From: Antechinus flavipes
Lineage: Eukaryota
Length of the DNA: 64,000 nucleotides
NCBI RefSeq assembly: GCF_016432865.1
Contig: NC_067399.1
Span: forward strand, 216,628,001 to 216,692,000
Reading direction: 5' to 3'
Shown: positions 1 through 11,860 of the stretch, piece after piece
How the letters are laid out: each line of letters starts with the position of its first letter
How positions within the stretch are numbered: position 1 is the first letter of the stretch
The notes under the pieces: generated by a model
Seen by the model: only the letters and a program-made list of their open reading frames with translations
What the model was told of the DNA's origin: nothing
Databases searched by the model: none
Position numbers and translations under genes: made by a program

Positions 1-3
1 AAA

Positions 4-230
4 TATAATGTTCTCTGGGAGCAGGTTTCTTGGGGGGCTTCTGGGAGTAGCCTTTGTTTCAGTTCAGTGTAATAATAACCCCAAATGTAGCCAGGAGTTA
101 AAGTCCAAATCCTTGATTGTCTCCTTTTAAGTCTTGTCTCCTTTCCTGCTGCGGGATTAGCTTTCTTAGAGGCCTTCTGTAATCTTGGTTCTGAGAACTT
201 GAGCTCTGGCTTCTGAATCTCCAGGACTTG
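4..230. mobile_element. Probable LTR fragment (marsupial ERV-type)
   Basis: More GC-rich than its flanks and resembles a marsupial LTR end as I recall it. The other end and a TSD are not visible. Confidence 0.35.
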
Positions 231-761
231 TTTTTCAATGTTCTTTGTTGTTTTGCTTTGTTTTGTTTTTACTGAGGATCAGTCATTAAGATAGTGAAGA
301 GAGCAATTAGGTAGTCCTTTGTCATGCCCTTTAATGGTAGAATTAATTTATTTATTGTTACCAGAGAAAGTAGAGAGGAACTTTTTAGATTAGAACAAGA
401 TGGATAGCAAGAGGTACCAAATTGCTATGAATTGATGGTTATGAAACATAGTTTGTTCAGCTAAGGTAAGTTTGTACTCGCTTAATAATCAGTCCCAGGA
501 TACAGTTCTCATGCAAGATGAAATAAAATCATGAAGACTTTTATGGAAATATTTTGCATAATTTCATATAAGTTTTCTTTATGAGGGCTGGGAATGGAGA
601 TAAAGAAGAGAATATAGACCTCAAATCCATAGAAACAAATATAAAAAAATTGTTTTAAATATAATTGGGGAAAAATAAAGATATAAAAGGACATCATGGA
701 AACAAAGCAGTTTTCTTAATCCAAGAAATCAATTCAGCCTCATAAACAATTTAAGATTTTT

Positions 762-1005
762 GATGTTGTCTAGTCATTTCAGTCATGTCTGATTCCCCTT
801 TGTTTTATTGCTTTGAGAAATCTATCGGAGTGTCTTGCTATTTCCTTCTTGAGCTCATTTTACAAATGAGGAATTGAGGCAAACAGGATTAAGTGACTTG
901 TCCAGGGTCATACAGCTGGTACGTATCTGAGGCTGAATTTGAACTTAGGAATATGAGTCTTCTTGACTTCAGGATCTGCATTCTATCCACTGTACCATAT
1001 AACTA
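762..1005 (-). mobile_element. MAR1-type CORE-SINE
   Basis: Reverse-complement RTE-like tail (gttgtctagtcatttcagtcatgtctga), CORE (ttaagtgacttgtccagggtcatacagct) and tRNA-like head (tttgaact...ctatccactgtacca). Confidence 0.75.
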
Positions 1006-1129
1006 CAGAAGAGACTGCTTTATTAAAAAAAAATAGAATTGATATAGGGGCAGCATAATAGCATTGGATATTAATATTTAAAATATATGAAGAAAAGTAG
1101 GTACATAAGGAAAGAAACGTAGTAAAGAA

Positions 1130-1720
1130 CATTTGAATAAGGATTGATTGAAGGAGAAACAGAAGTGATATTGTTATGAGAATATATTGTATGTCACCTA
1201 GATAGCATGAGGAAATGAGGAATTCAGGAAATAGATCACAGACCCAGTACAGAGGGAAAATATAAGACCTATAATAGACTTCAATTATCCAGGTCTCTGC
1301 TAGTACTCACTTCCTCTGCTAAATACAAAACAGTTGATAACTTCTTGACTTGCCTAAATGATTGTTTAATTTTTCAGTGGATAAAAAAAAAAAAAACAGT
1401 GAGGGGAGCTGTTCTTTTACATATAACTTGGACTCAAAAGGTAAATATTGAATACAGTATAAATAATGGAAATTTGGAATGAAAGTCATATCACCACCTC
1501 AGTGCTTATTATAAAAATAAGAATGGGGAAACTCGGGCAGTGTTTGATGTGGACTATATAATTTTATAGAAATTCAGGGAAAAAATAGGTAGGACCACAT
1601 GAAATAATATTCTACAAATGAAATTGACCAAAAGAAATTCTCAAGAATGAAATTCACACTCAAGGACAAATAATTTCTGCTTAATTTATTTATTAAATAC
1701 ATGCTACATGCAGTTTGAAT
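1130..1720 (+). mobile_element. L3/CR1 LINE remnant, ORF2 endonuclease region
   Basis: Decayed codons for CR1 endonuclease motifs: gacttcaattatcca (DFNYP) and aacttcttgacttgccta (NFLTCL). Confidence 0.6.
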
Positions 1721-2269
1721 GTCAAATTGCTAAAGCAAAGCTGAAAATCAATAACAAATTAGAATAAAGAATAAAAATAAATCAGGGTAGTATTGGTATT
1801 ATGCTTAATTCAATATATACTTTTAAAATGATATGTGATACAGATTCACAGTTGCAAACACAATAATCTTATTTCCTTCGTAACTTGAAATGTTTGTGTT
1901 TGTTATATTCATAAATAAAGAAACAAATTTTTAAAAGAAACAAAGAAGGAAATAGAATATATAATTGTGGCAATTTATTTCAACCAGTTGCTAAAGGTAA
2001 CAAATAGAAAATGGCTAAAATAACAAACATTGATTGCATAGATTATTACCACATTGCAATGAACTATATTAATAAATTTAGAATTATGGGACAAAAGTTC
2101 AAATGGACATCCTGCTAACTTTGTGAGTCTGGTTAAGTGACTTTAACCACTGTTTCATCTGAAAGATGAAAGGGTTATTCTCTAGTTGGCACATTGAGTG
2201 CCTGCCTATCCTATTTCTATGATTCTACAATTATTATTAATAATAATAGTCGCAGCAATAATATTAGCT

Positions 2270-2470
2270 AACATTTTTGTGATGCTTACAATATACCAGG
2301 CACTGTGCTCAAAACTTAAAAAAAAAATCATTTGCTACTAACAATAACATTGGGATATAATTACTATTACTATTCTCATTTTACAGTCGAAGAAACCGAG
2401 ATAAACAGAAAAAGTATTTTGCTCAGGGTTACACAGCTAGTAAATTTCTGCGGCTAGATTTGAAGAAAAG
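2270..2470 (-). mobile_element. MIR-like SINE
   Basis: CORE segment cattttacagtcgaagaaaccgag...ttgctcagggttacacagctagtaa. Confidence 0.6.
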
Positions 2471-3879
2471 AAATAATGTTCAAAATACTATGCTAAGTGC
2501 TAGCTTACAAAGGAAGATAAAATTCATTCTCTGACCACAAGGAGCTCATATTCCATGGCAGAAACAAATATATAATTAGGTTATCTGTTATTTAGAAAGG
2601 AACTCTCACAGAAGTTTTTGTTATTAAAACTGCAAGGCTACCTTTTTATTAACATTTGGTTATTTTTTAGCATTCTAAACTACTGGGACCAAAGACTTAT
2701 TGGGACCTTTGAATTTCATGAATTCACTGATTGAGATATATGTATTTTAAAATAAAATCTAAAAAAAAATCTTATTTAATTGTTGCTTAATTGTAATTTA
2801 ATTTTTTTGAAGCTTCCACTGAAGGGCTTCTTAATGAACATTTGTTGGATTACCTGTCATGTGTTCCAAAGATTTAGAATTCAAATTACACAATGAGGGG
2901 TATTATTAGCAAATCCATTAACATCAGCACTGTGTTTTCTACTATGCATAATAGCACAGAGACATTAAATTCCAGCTGTGGAGTTCTAAAGCAAAGCTAA
3001 TAGAAAATCTTGGTAAATAATTATTTTAAATAAAAAACAGCAAAATAATGCAGCACTAAGCAAACCTAAGTCTACCAGTTCTAAGTATCTGTGTGTGTGT
3101 GTTCACATACGTAAAAAAGAATGAGTGAAAGTCTTTATTATTCAAGATATATTATTGACTATTCTGCACAACTTTATAACAGATTATAATTATTCTGAAT
3201 GGTATAGACTGTTGAGTTTGACATTAACTTTGTGGGCATAGCTGCATGTGGGAAGAGCAGTATGGCTCTTCAGAGAAGAACTTATATGGGAATAGGATAG
3301 TAGTTTCATATACTTATCAAAGAGAAGCCAAAGTTCCTCTTGAGTTTCAGGAAGCAAAATCAGTATCCTTATGATTTCTTGGCCTTTATTAATTTATTCC
3401 AAAGTTTCCCAACCATTAAAATCTGTGATATCATTGTAAAAATGCAGAACTATAAAAAAATACTAATATATTCATTCCCCATCAATTACTATACAACAGC
3501 GGTCATAGAATCCCCGTCAATTCAGATACCTATCCATATAGACTTCACACTTCAAACTATTTACAAAGCACAGCTCAATTATCTCTCATGCTTAAGAAGT
3601 GAGTAATTCCCAGGAAGTCAATGCCAAAATTACTTTGTCTTAATGAACTCTTTTCAAGTTTTATAACACTCTAGTCTGCCTTAGTAAAGTGTATATACTG
3701 AATATATCACCCATGTTACAATGTTTTACCTAGAATCAAATATTATTATGTAATGTAGATATTTGGAAAATTGGCATGAATTTATCTTTACTTCAAGAAA
3801 TGCTTCCAGGGCTTGCTTTTTAATAATTCTTTGGGGTTAGGGTTAGCTTGCTTTCTTCTCATAAGAATAGAATTGAATA

Positions 3880-3962
3880 TATGTATGTATGTATGCATAT
3901 ATGTAAGTATATTATATATATGTGTGTGTGTGTATCTAAATATATATGTGTGTGTGGTATAT

Positions 3963-4030
<68 letters not shown>

Positions 4031-4035
4031 ATATA
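3880..4035. repeat. Compound (TG)n/(TA)n/(CA)n microsatellite
   Basis: Read directly from the sequence. Confidence 0.95.
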
Positions 4036-4504
4036 ATCTTTTGAGGTGCTTGGTATAAATTCTTTCTATAAATATAATTATCCAAAGTTGTATTTTTGCC
4101 CTCAAGGAATCATCGTATTTTCAATCTAGATCAGTATCCTATGACAAGTTTTCAATATCCAGAACATAAGTTTTCAACATCAGTAACTATTTGAACTTTC
4201 TAAGTGAGAAATAGGTCCCTCTCTGCTGAGGTAGAACAGCTCTCCTATTGGGTTTTAGAATATGAACAATAAAGATAATTACATATTAGATTATCTACTA
4301 TACAAAGAATGAAAATAAATGTATAATTTAATTAATTAACTTCTAGTAAGTAAATGATCTTCATTTATATAGTGGGATATGTTCTTTGTAACATATTTTA
4401 GTGTAAGGGTTAGGAAAGTTTGATTCATGGGCAAAATTCAGGACATTGTAAATACTTGTAACCCCCAAGAGCTAATTCTTTTAAAGTGGTTATTGACTTT
4501 ATGT

Positions 4505-4915
4505 TTAAATTTTTCTTTTTTTTTCTTTAAATTTTGGGTTCAGCATTCTTTTTTCCTCCTACCTCTCCCCCATCTACTAAGAAGATAAGCACTCTGATAT
4601 CAATTAAACAAGTGAAATTGTATAAATTACATTTTCATAATAGTTATATCACACAAAAATAAGAAAAATAAAGTGAGGAAATTATACTTCAGTCAATATC
4701 TGTTCTCTCTCTGGAGATGAACAGCATTTTCTTTGGAACTATATTAGAACATTATTATGATCAGAGTATTGAATACTTTCAAAGCTCCTCGTTAACACAT
4801 ATTATTATTACTATATATGATGATCTGCTGATTCTGCTTACTTTACTTTATATAAGTTTATATAAGCACCCCCATGCTTTTCTAAAACCATCCTCCCTGT
4901 AGAATAATAATACTC
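4505..4915 (-). mobile_element. L1 3' UTR fragment
   Basis: T-rich tail at about 4505 followed by reverse-complement L1 3' UTR motifs (ttctctctctggagatgaacagcatttt). Confidence 0.7.
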
Positions 4916-4921
4916 AATCAC

Positions 4922-5960
4922 AAGTCATCAAATGATATGAACAGACAATTTTCAGAAGAATAAATTAGTCATTTCTAGTCGTATGAAAAAATACTCAAAA
5001 TCACTATTGAGTAGAGAAAAGCAAATTAAGACAATTCTGAGGTACCACTTCATATCTCTCAGATTGGCTAAGATGACAAGAAAAAATAATGACAAATGTT
5101 GGCAAGATTATGGGAAAACTGAGCCATTAATACATTGTTAGTGGAGTTCTGAACTGATGCAGCCATTTTGGAGAGCAATTTGGAATTACGCCCAAAGAGC
5201 TATCAAACTGTCCATATCCTTTGATCCAACAATGTCTCTACTGGGTCTCTATAGCCAAAAGAAATCATAAAAAAGGAATAAGTGTGCAAAAATGTTTGTA
5301 GCAGCACTTTTTGTAGTGGCAAGGAACTGAAAACTGAGTGAATGTCCATCAGTTGGAGAATGGCTGAATAAGTTATGGTATATGAATGTTATGGAATTTT
5401 ACTGATCTATAAGAAACCAATCAGCAGGATGATTTCAGAAAGCCTGGAGAAACTTAGATGAACTGATTATCAGTGAAATGAGTAGAGCATTGTACACAGC
5501 AACAAAAAGATTATGTAATAATCAATTGTGATGGATTTGACTCTTTTCAATAATGAGGTGATTCAGGCCAAATCCAGTAGAATAGACTTGTGATGGAGAG
5601 AGCCATCTGCATTCAAAGGGAGGACTATGGGGACTGAATGTAGATTACAACACAGTATTTTCACCTACTTGTGACTTGTTTTGACCTGGGTATAGTTACA
5701 GATTGCCTTCCTAAATGATTGGATTGGTTTACAACTTCATCAATAATGTATTAATGTCCCAATTTCCCATATCCCCTTTAACATTTATCATTATCTTTTC
5801 CTGTCACTTTAGCCAAACTTAGAGGTGTGAAGTGGTACCTCAGACTTGTCTTAATTTGCCTTTCTCATTGTTTATCTGTGTCTTGCTTTCTCATTTTCCC
5901 CCTTTTTGATCTGATTTTTCTTGTGCAGTATAATAAGTATGGAAATATGTTTAGAAGAAT
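4922..5960 (+). mobile_element. 5'-truncated L1 (ORF2 end plus 3' UTR), interrupted
   Basis: ORF2 C-terminal DNA (gatatgaacagacaattttcaga; ctgaggtaccacttcatatctctcagattggctaag) running into the 3' UTR. An inverted piece interrupts it at about 5700-5868. Confidence 0.85.
5700..5868 (-). mobile_element. Inverted L1 ORF2 fragment
   Basis: Reverse complement is homologous to about 5015-5180 (agtggtacctcagacttgtcttaatttgcctttctc). Confidence 0.75.
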
Positions 5961-6299
5961 TGCCGCATTTAATCTAATAATAATAATAATAATACTCAAT
6001 CACACTCAACACACTCAAATGGCACAATTCCTCTCTATTTGCAATTAACACCACAAAAAGAGATACTGTTTTCTCTCCCTGTGTGTCTATGTATATATAT
6101 TTTCATTTGTATATTTGGTTCTTTTCTTTATTGCTTTGCTTTTTTTTGGGATACATACATTGTTGTGGTTCTGCTGGATTAAAAGGTGTATACTATGGCA
6201 CTTTGGGCATCTTCAGAGTGGGTAGATCATTTCAAAAACTCCATCAACATTCATTAATGTACCTATGTTCTCTCATTCTCTCTAGCATTTGCCTTTTAT

Positions 6300-6500
6300 T
6301 ATGGGTGTGAGATGGTAACTCAGAGTTGTTTTAATTCACATTTCTCTAATCAATAGTGACTTAGAACAACAACATATATAGCTTTGATTTCTTCTTCTCA
6401 AAGCTGCATGTTCCTATCCTTTAATCATTTCTCACTTGGGGAATGATTCTTTTTATACATCTGACTTATTCTTCTATTAGGGAAATGAGTCTTTTATCAG
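6300..6500 (-). mobile_element. L1 ORF2 fragment
   Basis: gggtgtgagatggtaactcagagttgttttaattcacatttctctaatcaatagtga is reverse-complement L1 ORF2. Confidence 0.7.
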
Positions 6501-6551
6501 GAAACTTTCCATAAGAGATTTTTTAAAAATTTTATTGCATTGTTTATGATT

Positions 6552-6785
6552 GTTATTGTTTAGTCAATTAAATTGTTTCTGGTTCTTTATGACTCCATCT
6601 GGCATTTTCTTGGCAAAGATATTGTAATGGTCTAACATTTCTGTCTCCAACTCATTTAACAGATGAGATAACTTAGACAAGCAGGGTTAAATAACTTGCC
6701 CGGAATCACACAGCTAGTAAATGTCTGAAGTTCAGGAAGAGTAGTCTCAGGCCTGATACTTTATCCACTACTATCAGTTGCCCTT
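6552..6785 (-). mobile_element. MAR1-type SINE
   Basis: RTE tail (ttttcttggcaaagatat) plus CORE (gggttaaataacttgcccggaatcacacagctagtaa). Confidence 0.7.
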
Positions 6786-6959
6786 ACCTTTTGGCAAAAT
6801 GTAACTTCTGTAACTTCTCTAACTACCTGCTTAGAATGTTATTTTTGTTTACAATTATGTTTATATTCATATTATATAATATTTACATTGTCATACATTT
6901 ATGTTTTTGTAATTTATTGTTTACATTTATTTTACAATTCACATTTATGTTTATATAAA

Positions 6960-7062
6960 TTATTGTCTTTACTTGTTATGTTTTATATTTATGTAAAAAC
7001 AATTCTGAGCTCTCAGGCTGCACAAAATAGGCAGTGGGCTGTGGTTTACTCACTCCTGGTCT
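6960..7062 (-). mobile_element. hAT-Charlie (MER58-like) DNA transposon end
   Basis: tgtaaaaacaattctgagctctcaggctgcacaaaataggcagtggg...actcctg followed by the hAT-like target gtctagta. Family name is from recall. Confidence 0.4.
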
Positions 7063-7164
7063 AGTACAGTGTGGAGTTATGTGACTTGCCCAGTGTCATA
7101 AAGCCAGCATGTGTCACAAGTGAGGCTTGAAGCTGAGTGTCCCTGGCTACAAAACCTGCTCTCT

Positions 7165-7316
7165 CTTTTTTTTTCTGTCTGCTGAGACAATGGGGGTTAA
7201 GTGACTTACCCAGGGTCACACAGCTAGGAAGTATTAATATCTGAGGCCAGATTTGAACTCAGGTCCTCCTGACTTCAAAGCTGATGCTCTATCTACTGTG
7301 TCACTTAGCTGCCCCA
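7165..7316 (-). mobile_element. WSINE1-like SINE
   Basis: Near-complete: T tail, gctgagacaatgggggttaagtgacttacccagggtcacacagctaggaagtattaa, B box tttgaactc, head ending agctgcccc. Confidence 0.8.
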
Positions 7317-7499
7317 GCCTATGGCTGCCTCTCATTCTGCCTTTCTTTCTGTCTCCAAATATATATATATTTCTATTTTTATGTATCTATTATATACATA
7401 CGTAATATAGATGTGTATATGTGTCTGTATATCCCTATCTATGTGTAAATGAGAGAAGAGAGACAGAGAGATGGACATCAGAGAGAGACAGAAAGAGAC

Positions 7500-7686
7500 A
7501 GGGAGGCAGCTGATGGTGATATAATGAATGAAGTTCTGGCCTTGGATTGAGGAAGATTTGACTTCAAATAAGGCTTCAAATACTTACTGTGTGATATTAG
7601 GCAAGTCATTAAACCTCTGTTTGCCTCAGTTTGCTCAATTGAAAAATGGGAATAACAGTACCTATTTTTTTTAAAGTTATTGTAAA
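7500..7686 (+). mobile_element. MIR-like SINE
   Basis: gacttcaaat...tacttactgtgtgatattaggcaagtcattaaacctctgtttgcctcagttt. Confidence 0.6.
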
Positions 7687-7815
7687 NNNNNNNNNNNNNN
7701 NNNNNNNNNNNNNNNNNNNNNNNNNNNNNNNNNNNNNNNNNNNNNNNNNNNNNNNNNNNNNNNNNNNNNNNNNNNNNNNNNNNNNNNNNNNNNNNNNNNN
7801 NNNNNNNNNNNNNNN
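7687..7815. other. Assembly gap (N run)
   Basis: 129 Ns. Confidence 1.
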
Positions 7816-7943
7816 TTGGTAAAGAAAAATCCATGATGAGAAAACTCTTCAAATTGCAACCTCTCTAGAGTTGCCTGGCACACTGAGGTACTGTGTCACA
7901 CAGAGAAACAGATATATCAATAGCAATGCTGGAATCTACCACA

Positions 7944-7948
<5 letters not shown>

Positions 7949-8027
<79 letters not shown>
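7949..8027. repeat. (CT)n(CA)n microsatellite
   Basis: Read directly from the sequence. Confidence 0.95.
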
Positions 8028-10719
8028 TCATTTGCCATGGCTTCAGATGTATTTTTATTTTTCTGTGATTTTTTTTTATACATTGTCTTTTATGGGTTAA
8101 CAACATGGAATATAGCAAGTAGTTACTCTTTGGAAAGCACAGTTTATGTGAGAAAGCTCTTGTAGTGTTTATGAGTCAAAAAGTATCTTAATTACAGGTA
8201 AGAAGTAAAGTTTCTTTGTAGAAGAATTAAAACTAAAGCAGCCACATAACAGAAATGAAAGGATTTAAATGAAGGAATAAAACAGTGTTTAACAACTACG
8301 GAAAGTTCAATTTAAAAGGAATTAGTGGCATATAATTTACACTTCCCACTACCAATGATGTTTGGGGACTGAAACAACATCAAAAGCAATCTTCACTACA
8401 TGTTTAACAACACTTTATAATGAGACTCATATCATTAGGAATTCTTTTGATGTTCATGTAATGCTCCTAATTATGAAACCCTCTGTTTTGTGGAGGTCAT
8501 GTTCAATGCATTAGGGGATTCAATGGGGAGGTCTCTAGGCTTATTTAATTTTCAGAAGCTGTGTAGGAATTTGGCACCATTTCACTTTTTACTATTACAC
8601 TGAAGAGATGCTCTCTCTACCTATTGAAATTTTGATCATTTTAGGGACATGGGTAAAATGCAGTAATCCCTCTAAATTGTACATAAATTAAAATGTGGGG
8701 GATTCAAACATGACTATATATGAAATTCAGTAAAGTAATCCATTGTCATTTAAATAGCACAACTGTCAGTGACCTGAAAGCTGTTAAATTGCCTTATGCC
8801 TCAAACATTTGGAAGACAGATAAAATGTACCTGCTCAATTTCCAGACTAAATAGAGACATTATGCAGATTGCATGAATTCTGGAAGGGGGGAAATCTCCC
8901 ATCTAATAATTTCTTTCTGAAATGTAAATTTAATTGTGATTATTTTAAAACTCAATGTGCTGATTCATTTATTTCTCTAGTATGTTTATTAGATTATCAT
9001 AATCTTTCTGTCATATAATAGTACCTTAATAAATGATTGTTGATTGAATAATTTTACGTACAGCCTGCATATGTTCAATTTCTTCTAGTATTTATGAATT
9101 GCCTGCTCTGTTTAAGATTTTTATATATCTTTGGGGATAAAATGATAGATGGGAGACAATCAAGGAACTTTCAGTCTAAGGGAGAAGACAGGCATATGTG
9201 GAGGAGGAAGAAAGAAGGAGTATCAACAGACATTTTTGTGGAGAGAGTCTATTCAACACATGAGAAACAACATAATCATGATAATAATTCATGTAAGTGT
9301 ATATTATACATATTTATACACATATGATGGAGATTGCCTTTCCCTTACCATCATCCTGTATGATGAGTGTTACATGAAATATTTTACTCATTTTGTAGAT
9401 GAAAAAATTTAAGTGTTAGAGGGATTAAAGAGCTTGTTCAAAATCAAATAGTTAATATTGATGTTGACTTTTAACTCGAAGTCCAAATTTTTCCCCATGA
9501 GCATGAGGAAGAATATGATTTTAGAAAAGGTCAAGATATAATTCAAGAAAAACAAATAGTCTAATTTTTTTGGAAGTTACATAGTATGAAAGGAAATAAT
9601 ATAAAATAAGAAAATATGAAATAATATCAAAATAATCTACAATGTCTGAAAATTGGAGCAAGATGGTGGAGGTCCTTAAATAGAAAAAAAGCTATAATTT
9701 TCTAGTTATTTGTAGACAACAAGGATTCAGTGAAATATTTGTTTTCCATAGAGTTGTGACATTGAATCATAAGGTCATAGACGTAGAGATGAAATGGAAC
9801 AGCTTCCAAGAACATCTAGTCCAATTCTTTAATTTTAAGGATGAGAAAACTGACACATATAAAGGATAAATGACTTGTCTATAATTACAAAGGTAGTAGG
9901 TATTGACTAATTGTGACAGAATGGTCATTTGAGGTATGGCAGCCACCTGAACAGAGCAAATAGAGGCACAGTTCAAAGCCAAAAATATGTATTGAACTAG
10001 TATTGAGCACATGTTCAGGAGAGTAGAAGACCTAGTCTGGGCTGCTCCAAAGTGGTTCATATTGTTTTACAACAAAGAGAGACAGGGGAATGAGTTTCTG
10101 GTGGTATTTTGGACATGTTCTGGTGACATTCTGGGGAGAAAAGTTTCAGAAATTAGACAGAGAATAGGAGTACTAGAACCATTGTGTTTGTGCAAGCTCT
10201 GTCCCTCTGGGATCAATATGAACCATTTTGGCCCTGTGGCTTCTGGCATAGCAGAAGTGTTCTGGTTCACTCAATGGATACCATAAAGGATCGCTGATGT
10301 GTCAAACTTGAGCAATGTTCATTCTGCCTATTGATTGATTGATTCTGATTCCCAGGTTATTTTTTTTTTCTTTTTCTTTTTCTCTTCTTTTCTTTTTCTT
10401 TTTTTTTTTTTTTTTTTTTTTTTTGATTATTTTGACCTCTACTAGATAATAAGGGAGTTCAAGAAAATCAAAGTCATCAGTGAATTTATTATTCATTCTA
10501 TTTCCACATAGGTGGAATTTGAAATCAGATCTTCTGACTCTTTTGTCACTGCCCTTTTACTGATTCTACATTGTCTCCATGGTTATATTTGTGCCTTGAA
10601 AGACTCCTCAAGTAGTTAGTTATATGGTATATAGGTTAGGGATTGTATGAACTAAAAGGTTGACAAAAAACTATAAGATTATTTCAGTAGTCCATGTGAA
10701 AGCTTGAAGTAGGTCTGTG

Positions 10720-10721
<2 letters not shown>

Positions 10722-10784
<63 letters not shown>

Positions 10785-10795
10785 GTATGTATATA
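10722..10795. repeat. (TA)n(TATG)n microsatellite
   Basis: Read directly from the sequence. Confidence 0.95.
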
Positions 10796-11279
10796 CATGG
10801 AATTATCTAGTAAGCAGCTAAAAAGTAGAAACTAGCATGCAGGGAGATATTTGGATGTAGACATAGAGATTTATGATTTGTTGCTATAATGCAACTGATA
10901 TTTGAATAATATATAATCTATAAAGAAAGAAAGACACAAGGACATTAGTAGAAGTTAAAAGTCCATAGAGGGAAACAATTATATTGTCCTCTGTCTTGGT
11001 CAAACTATACCCGAATAATATTATGTGTATGTGTATTTAATTATGTGTATGTGTGTATATATTTATGTGCATATATATATATACATATACATATGTGCAT
11101 ACATGTAAATTTATTTATTTATACACACAAAAACATATAACCATATGCATGAGTCTAATTTTTTTTGGCACTACAAAGAGACCTTCTCTAAATGTTTTAG
11201 AAAAAAGGGGCTTTTTTTTGGTTTTGTTTTTTGTTTTTTTGTTTTTTTATTTTTTTCCTGATCAGCTTGGGAAACAGAC

Positions 11280-11606
11280 CTAATAGTGGTAGCCAGGTTA
11301 TACACAGCTTTAGAACTCTTCAGCATGGTTCCAGATTGCTCTCCAGAATGATTGAATCAGTTCAGAATTCCATCAACAGTATATCAGTGTCCTAATTTTT
11401 CCATATCCTCTCCAACAATAATAATTTCCCCCTTTATATCATTTTAGCCAAAATTCTTCAGAAAAAACTGCCTGTTCATATATTTTGATCATTGATGAAT
11501 CAACTCATATTCATATAAATATAATAAAATTTTCTACATATTTGAAATATGAGACTTTTATCTAGGAGACTGTCTATAACACACACACACACACACACAC
11601 ACACGC

Positions 11607-11652
<46 letters not shown>

Positions 11653-11860
11653 ATTTCCCCCCCAGTTTTCTGCTTTCTAATCTTGGCTACATTGGTTTTA
11701 TTTGTACAAAATCTTCTTTAATTTAACATAATGAAAATTGCCCATTTCATATCTCACAATGCTCTCTATCCTTTGCTTACTCATAAGCTCTTCTTTTATC
11801 CACAAATCTGATAGATGGATAATATGTTCCTTTTTTTTCAAGGAAATATGTGTTCAATCT
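11280..11860 (-). mobile_element. L1 ORF2 fragments interrupted by a CA/TG microsatellite
   Basis: ccagattgctctccagaatgattgaatcagttc...catcaacagtatatcagtgtcc is reverse-complement ORF2; homology continues at about 11655-11860. Confidence 0.75.

Noticed and set aside
10111-10120. p53 half-site GGACATGTTC
   Set aside because: Single half-site with no adjacent partner; expected by chance.
10355-10500. Poly-T tract as the tail of a processed pseudogene or snoRNA retrocopy
   Set aside because: No recognisable body, no TSD and no D box; treated as a simple repeat.
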